Source: an uncultured Arcobacteraceae bacterium
Lineage (GTDB): Bacteria; Campylobacterota; Campylobacteria; Campylobacterales; Arcobacteraceae
Assembly (NCBI GenBank): GCA_964022095.1
Contig: CAXHZO010000001.1
Coordinates: 256,001 to 320,000 of the forward strand
Direction of reading: 5' to 3'
Length of the DNA: 64,000 nt
Below, one piece after another: positions 60,155 to 64,000 of this stretch. Made by a program: the position numbers and the translations under genes. Numbering within the stretch: position 1 is the stretch's first letter; each line of letters opens with the position of its first letter. The notes below the pieces were generated by a model. The model was not told the origin of the DNA. It saw nothing but the letters and a program-made list of their open reading frames with translations, and searched no databases.

Positions 60155-60961
60155 TTATTTAATAACAATCTTAGCTTTACTTCTAAGTTTGTCAGCTAAT
60201 TCTTTTGCTTCTTTATTATATTTGTTTCCGATAAGAATTTGTGAAATATTACCCTCTACTTCTTTAAAAGATAATGATTTAGATGCTTTTTTATCTTTTA
60301 AGTAAATTACATGGTAACCAAATTGAGTTTTTACTGGCGATTTAGAATATGATTTAACATTTAAACTTTTTGCAGCTTTTGAAAATTCTGGAACCATTTG
60401 AGCTTCATTAAATTCTCCTAAATCTCCACCATTTTTTTTACTTGGTCCAATTGATTTAGTTTTAGCTAATTGAATAAATTTAGATTCTTTATTAGATGCA
60501 CTATTTAATTGTTTGATAATCTCTTTTGCTTCATTTTCAGTTTTAACTAAAATATGTCTAGCATTTAACATTCCTGGCTTAACAAATTTTTCTTTGTTTT
60601 TGTTATAGAAATCTTTTTTCTCAGCGTCTGAAAATTTAAGTTTTTCAATTTCATTTTTTTGCCAAATTTGAAAAGCTAAATCTTCTTTCATTTTTTTTAT
60701 AGCATTTTTAAATGTACTATCATTTTCAATACCGTTTTTTAAAGCATCTTTTGCAATTAATTTTCTATTGATAATTTGTTCAATAACTTGTTTTTTTGCA
60801 TTTGCAGGTAATTTTTCAAAGTTAATTCTTGGATCTTGAAGTACAACTGCAACATCCTCTTTTGTAATCTTTTCTCCATTTACTGTTGCATAATAATCTG
60901 CTGCACTCGCTGTTGATGCTAATGCAAGTGATACTATAAAACTCGATACTACTTTTCTCAT
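60155..60961 (-). CDS. Periplasmic PpiC-type peptidyl-prolyl isomerase (PEB4/Cbf2-like)
   Basis: Signal peptide; ARHILV, GGDLG.F, MVPEF, KTQFGYHVI. Confidence 0.92.
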   Translation of the reverse strand: MRKVVSSFIVSLALASTASAADYYATVNGEKITKEDVAVVLQDPRINFEKLPANAKKQVIEQIINRKLIAKDALKNGIENDSTFKNAIKKMKEDLAFQIWQKNEIEKLKFSDAEKKDFYNKNKEKFVKPGMLNARHILVKTENEAKEIIKQLNSASNKESKFIQLAKTKSIGPSKKNGGDLGEFNEAQMVPEFSKAAKSLNVKSYSKSPVKTQFGYHVIYLKDKKASKSLSFKEVEGNISQILIGNKYNKEAKELADKLRSKAKIVIK

Positions 60962-61170
60962 ATTATTCCTTATTATTTTTATATTTGATATTTTATCTTT
61001 TATAAATTAATAAAAAGTTAACTTACATTTTCAAAATAATTAAAAAAGTTACTCTTACTTTTATCAAAATCTAAGAAATTTCAAAATTTACCTTAAAAAA
61101 CCTTTAAATTTTTTAATTTTTATGTTACAATTCGCCAAAATTTAAACTTAACTTAAATTTAAGGGACGAG

Positions 61171-61854
61171 ATGAGAATATTAATTATTGAAGACGAAATA
61201 ACATTAAACAGAACTCTACAAGAAGGATTAACTGATTTTGGATATCAAGTTGATACAGCAGAGAACTATAAAGATGCAGAATACTTTATTGACATTAGAA
61301 ATTATGACTTAGTATTAACTGACTGGATGTTACCAGATGGTGATGGTATTGAATTATGTAAAATTGTAAAAAATAGAAGTTCAAGAACAGCAGTTGTAAT
61401 TATTTCTGCAAGAGATGATAAAGAATCAGAGATTGAAGCACTAAAATCTGGTGCAGATGATTTCATCAAAAAACCATTTGATTTTGATATCTTATTAGCT
61501 AGAATTGAAGCTAGATTAAGATTTGGTGGAACAAATGTAATTGAGATTGATGATTTATCAATTAATCCTGATGAAGAAAAAATTGAATACAACGGTGAAG
61601 AGATTGAATTAAAAGGTAAACCTTTTGAAGTATTAACTCACTTAGCTAGACATAGAGATCAAATTGTATCTAAAGAACAATTACTAGATGCTATCTGGGA
61701 AGAACCAGAATTAGTAACTCCAAACGTAATTGAAGTTGCAATCAATCAAATTAGACAAAAAATGGATAAACCATTAAACATCTCTACTATTGAGACAATT
61801 AGAAGAAGAGGTTACAGATTCTGTTACCCTAATACAGTTGATGACGATAAATAA
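61171..61854 (+). CDS. hsrA: HsrA/CosR/HP1043-family response regulator
   Basis: IRNYDLV, LKGKPFEVLTHLARHRDQIVSKEQLLDAIWEEPE, NVIEVAINQIRQKMDK. Confidence 0.93.
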   Translation: MRILIIEDEITLNRTLQEGLTDFGYQVDTAENYKDAEYFIDIRNYDLVLTDWMLPDGDGIELCKIVKNRSSRTAVVIISARDDKESEIEALKSGADDFIKKPFDFDILLARIEARLRFGGTNVIEIDDLSINPDEEKIEYNGEEIELKGKPFEVLTHLARHRDQIVSKEQLLDAIWEEPELVTPNVIEVAINQIRQKMDKPLNISTIETIRRRGYRFCYPNTVDDDK

Positions 61855-61874
61855 ATAGAGAACTTTTTAACTAA

Positions 61875-63158
61875 ATGAAAAGTAGAAGTATATATAAACA
61901 GTTCTATAATAAACTGATTATTGCTACTTCACTTTTTATTATCACTTTATCTTTCATATTTTACGAATATACAAGAAGTACAATCCACGAAGACATACAA
62001 AACGACCTTTTAAAACAAGCTAAACAGATATATAAAGGTACATATACACATCACAATTTCAAGCCATCACAAAGTGATAATATAACAATAGAATTAGTAA
62101 CTAACAATAGTTTAAAAAACTACAAATTCTATAATTATAAAAGAGGTGAAAATCATTATATAAAGCTGTTATACCCTTTTGATATAAAGAATAATCAATT
62201 TTTACAAATTGTAAAAAATATCAATTTTGAAAGGGAGTTACTATACTCATTGATTTTCAAAAATCTTTTTATATTAGCTATTCCAGGCTTTATTATGATG
62301 CTTTTATATGCAGTATTTGTTTCAAGATCACTTTTAAAACCAATTATTCAGATTAATAATAAATTATCAAATATGGATGAAAATAGTTTAACTCAAATTG
62401 ACAAAAAAGATTTGCCTGTAGAGTTTCACTCTCTTTCAAATTCAATTAATTCATTAACAAATAGAATTGAGACCTATGTAAAGTTTAAAAAAGAGCTATT
62501 TATTGGTGCGGCACATGAATTAAAAACACCACTTGCAGTAATGAAATTAAAAAATGAAGTAACTTTAAGAAAACAAAGGGAAATTGAGCAATATGAAGAG
62601 ACTTTAAAACTTACTATAAAATCTATTGATGACATGAATATCATGATATCTTCAATATTAGATATAGGTCGTGCTGAAGGTGCTCAATTTGAACAAACTA
62701 CAGAATTAGATTTAGTTCAATATTTAAAAAAGAAAACAAATGATTATAGAATGTTAAGTGCACAAAAAAATATTATAATTACATTCTTTTCAAATATAAA
62801 CTACTTGCATACAACAATTCAATTAACACTATTTAATCAAATTTTACAAAACTTTGTACAAAATGCCATAAAGTTCACTCCTAATAATAAATCAATTGCC
62901 ATTAGATTAAAAAAGAAAAAAGACAAAATTGTTGTAACAGTAACGGATGAAGGTATTGGAATTGATGAAAATATGGATTTATTTGCACCATTTAAAAGAG
63001 CTGGAAATCAAAGTGGAGTTGGATTAGGACTATTTTTGGCTAAAAATGCAGCTGATGCATTAAGAGGAAAAATATCACTTAAAAATAGAAAAGACGAAAA
63101 ATCTGGGTGTATTGCAAAGCTTGAACTTCCCAACACTCCCAAAAAATTAACTATTTAG
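61875..63158 (+). CDS. Sensor histidine kinase (CosS-like partner of hsrA)
   Basis: Two TM helices, HAMP, AHELKTPL, NAIKF, DEGIGI, GVGLGL. Confidence 0.88.
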   Translation: MKSRSIYKQFYNKLIIATSLFIITLSFIFYEYTRSTIHEDIQNDLLKQAKQIYKGTYTHHNFKPSQSDNITIELVTNNSLKNYKFYNYKRGENHYIKLLYPFDIKNNQFLQIVKNINFERELLYSLIFKNLFILAIPGFIMMLLYAVFVSRSLLKPIIQINNKLSNMDENSLTQIDKKDLPVEFHSLSNSINSLTNRIETYVKFKKELFIGAAHELKTPLAVMKLKNEVTLRKQREIEQYEETLKLTIKSIDDMNIMISSILDIGRAEGAQFEQTTELDLVQYLKKKTNDYRMLSAQKNIIITFFSNINYLHTTIQLTLFNQILQNFVQNAIKFTPNNKSIAIRLKKKKDKIVVTVTDEGIGIDENMDLFAPFKRAGNQSGVGLGLFLAKNAADALRGKISLKNRKDEKSGCIAKLELPNTPKKLTI

Positions 63159-63583
63159 AAATTATTAGCATGCTCTATTTTTGTACATTTATTTTGTACT
63201 ACTTTTAAACCAGCTGCTTTTGCTTTTGCTGCTGCTTTATTATTCACTAAACCTAATTGTGTCCAAACAGTTTTTACATCATCTCTAGCAATTGCTTCAT
63301 CAACAATTGCAGCAATTGCATCAGGCTTTCTAAAAATGTCTACCATATCAATCTCAAAAGGAATTTCAGAAATAGTTCTATAAACTTTTTCTCCTAAAAT
63401 TTCATCCTCTTTTGGATAAACAGGAACTACTTTAAATCCTGCTCTTTGTAAATATCTAGCAACCATATTACTAGCTTTCTCTTCATTTGGAGAAAGTCCA
63501 GCAATTGCAATCACTTTTGTATTATTAAATATTTCAATTATCTCTTCATTATTAGAATTTACACTTGGAAATTCGCACTCCAT
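63155..63583 (-). CDS. CoA-binding protein (YccU-like)
   Basis: IAIAGLSP, VDIFR, VWTQLG, NKCTKIEH. Confidence 0.9.
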   Translation of the reverse strand: MECEFPSVNSNNEEIIEIFNNTKVIAIAGLSPNEEKASNMVARYLQRAGFKVVPVYPKEDEILGEKVYRTISEIPFEIDMVDIFRKPDAIAAIVDEAIARDDVKTVWTQLGLVNNKAAAKAKAAGLKVVQNKCTKIEHANNF

Positions 63584-63723
63584 TTTATATCCTTAATTTT
63601 TATTTCACATATTATAATTAGTTTTCTTTAACTTATCAATATATTAGTTCAGATTATAGGATAACTCTTTATAAATAGTTATTAGAAATTTCTAAACTAA
63701 CAATTAAATCATCATATATTATT

Positions 63724-63804
63724 AATGTAACATTAAGAATAAAACAGTTAGAAAAGAATTTAGGCTTTAAACTATTTAATAGAGTCTCAAAAGATGTAAA
63801 ATTA
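63724..63804 (+). pseudogene. Remnant of a LysR-family helix-turn-helix
   Basis: Reads NVTLRIKQLEKNLGFKLFNRVSKDVKL; no proper N-terminus (TAG at 63676) and no effector domain. Confidence 0.7.
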
Positions 63805-63814
63805 AGGTTAAACT

Positions 63815-64000
63815 ATGAAAAGACTATTTATTTATGGAACACTAGCGCCAGGAAGGCCAAATGAACATAAACTACAAGATATTAAAGGTTATTGGAAAAA
63901 AGGTACTGTTAAAGGTATATTAAAAGAAGAAGGATGGGGTGCTGACTTTGGATATCCAGGAATTATTCTAGATGAAAATGCAAGTGAAGTTGAAGGTTTT
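63815..64000 (+). CDS. Gamma-glutamylcyclotransferase/AIG2-like protein (runs off the right edge)
   Basis: Hand translation MKRLFIYGTLAPGRPNEHKL...GWGADFGYPGI; FxYGTL motif. Confidence 0.85.
   Translation, partial: MKRLFIYGTLAPGRPNEHKLQDIKGYWKKGTVKGILKEEGWGADFGYPGIILDENASEVEGF

Noticed and set aside
344-61592. Many 60-105 aa ORFs overlapping recognised genes (e.g. 344, 1796, 4738, 10765, 22034, 27788, 52720, 61302)
   Set aside because: They are antisense or alternate-frame shadows of well-supported genes, with no motifs.
61171-63158. hsrA/cosR with an intact phospho-Asp and an adjacent kinase
   Set aside because: This differs from orphan CosR/HP1043 but is the known arrangement in many non-thermotolerant Campylobacterota; not novel.

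Overview
Very AT-rich chromosomal window from a Campylobacterota bacterium, most likely Arcobacteraceae. The assignment rests on the secDF-leuS-lptE-folC-M23-bactofilin order, the proS-hemA-ispB-DUF2018 order and fbaA-peb4-hsrA. Housekeeping flanks surround a ~30 kb PQQ-dependent alcohol-oxidation region (24575-54456). It encodes a lanthanide-type dehydrogenase (PedH-like, WDFDG) and a calcium-type dehydrogenase (PedE/ExaA-like, WDFSG). It also carries pqqBCDE, three 24-aa pqqA copies missed by the ORF track, a PedA1A2BC-type ABC system, a PqqT-like ABC system, cytochrome c550, a SoxYZ-like carrier with a metallohydrolase, an aldehyde dehydrogenase and a FIST-kinase/OmpR pair. In the intergenic DNA the element GCTA-N7-GCTAT-N10-TAnnnT recurs with identical spacing at nine promoters, eight in the cluster and one before a degenerate XdhC-like gene ~15 kb away. 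I interpret this as a candidate alcohol/PQQ regulon. Other unannotated items are an A9 frameshift at the start of a chemoreceptor, two copper-protein folds lacking their copper ligands, a LysR remnant and several probably leaderless genes. No rRNA, tRNA, CRISPR or mobile element was seen. All family assignments come from motif recognition by eye; no searches were run.
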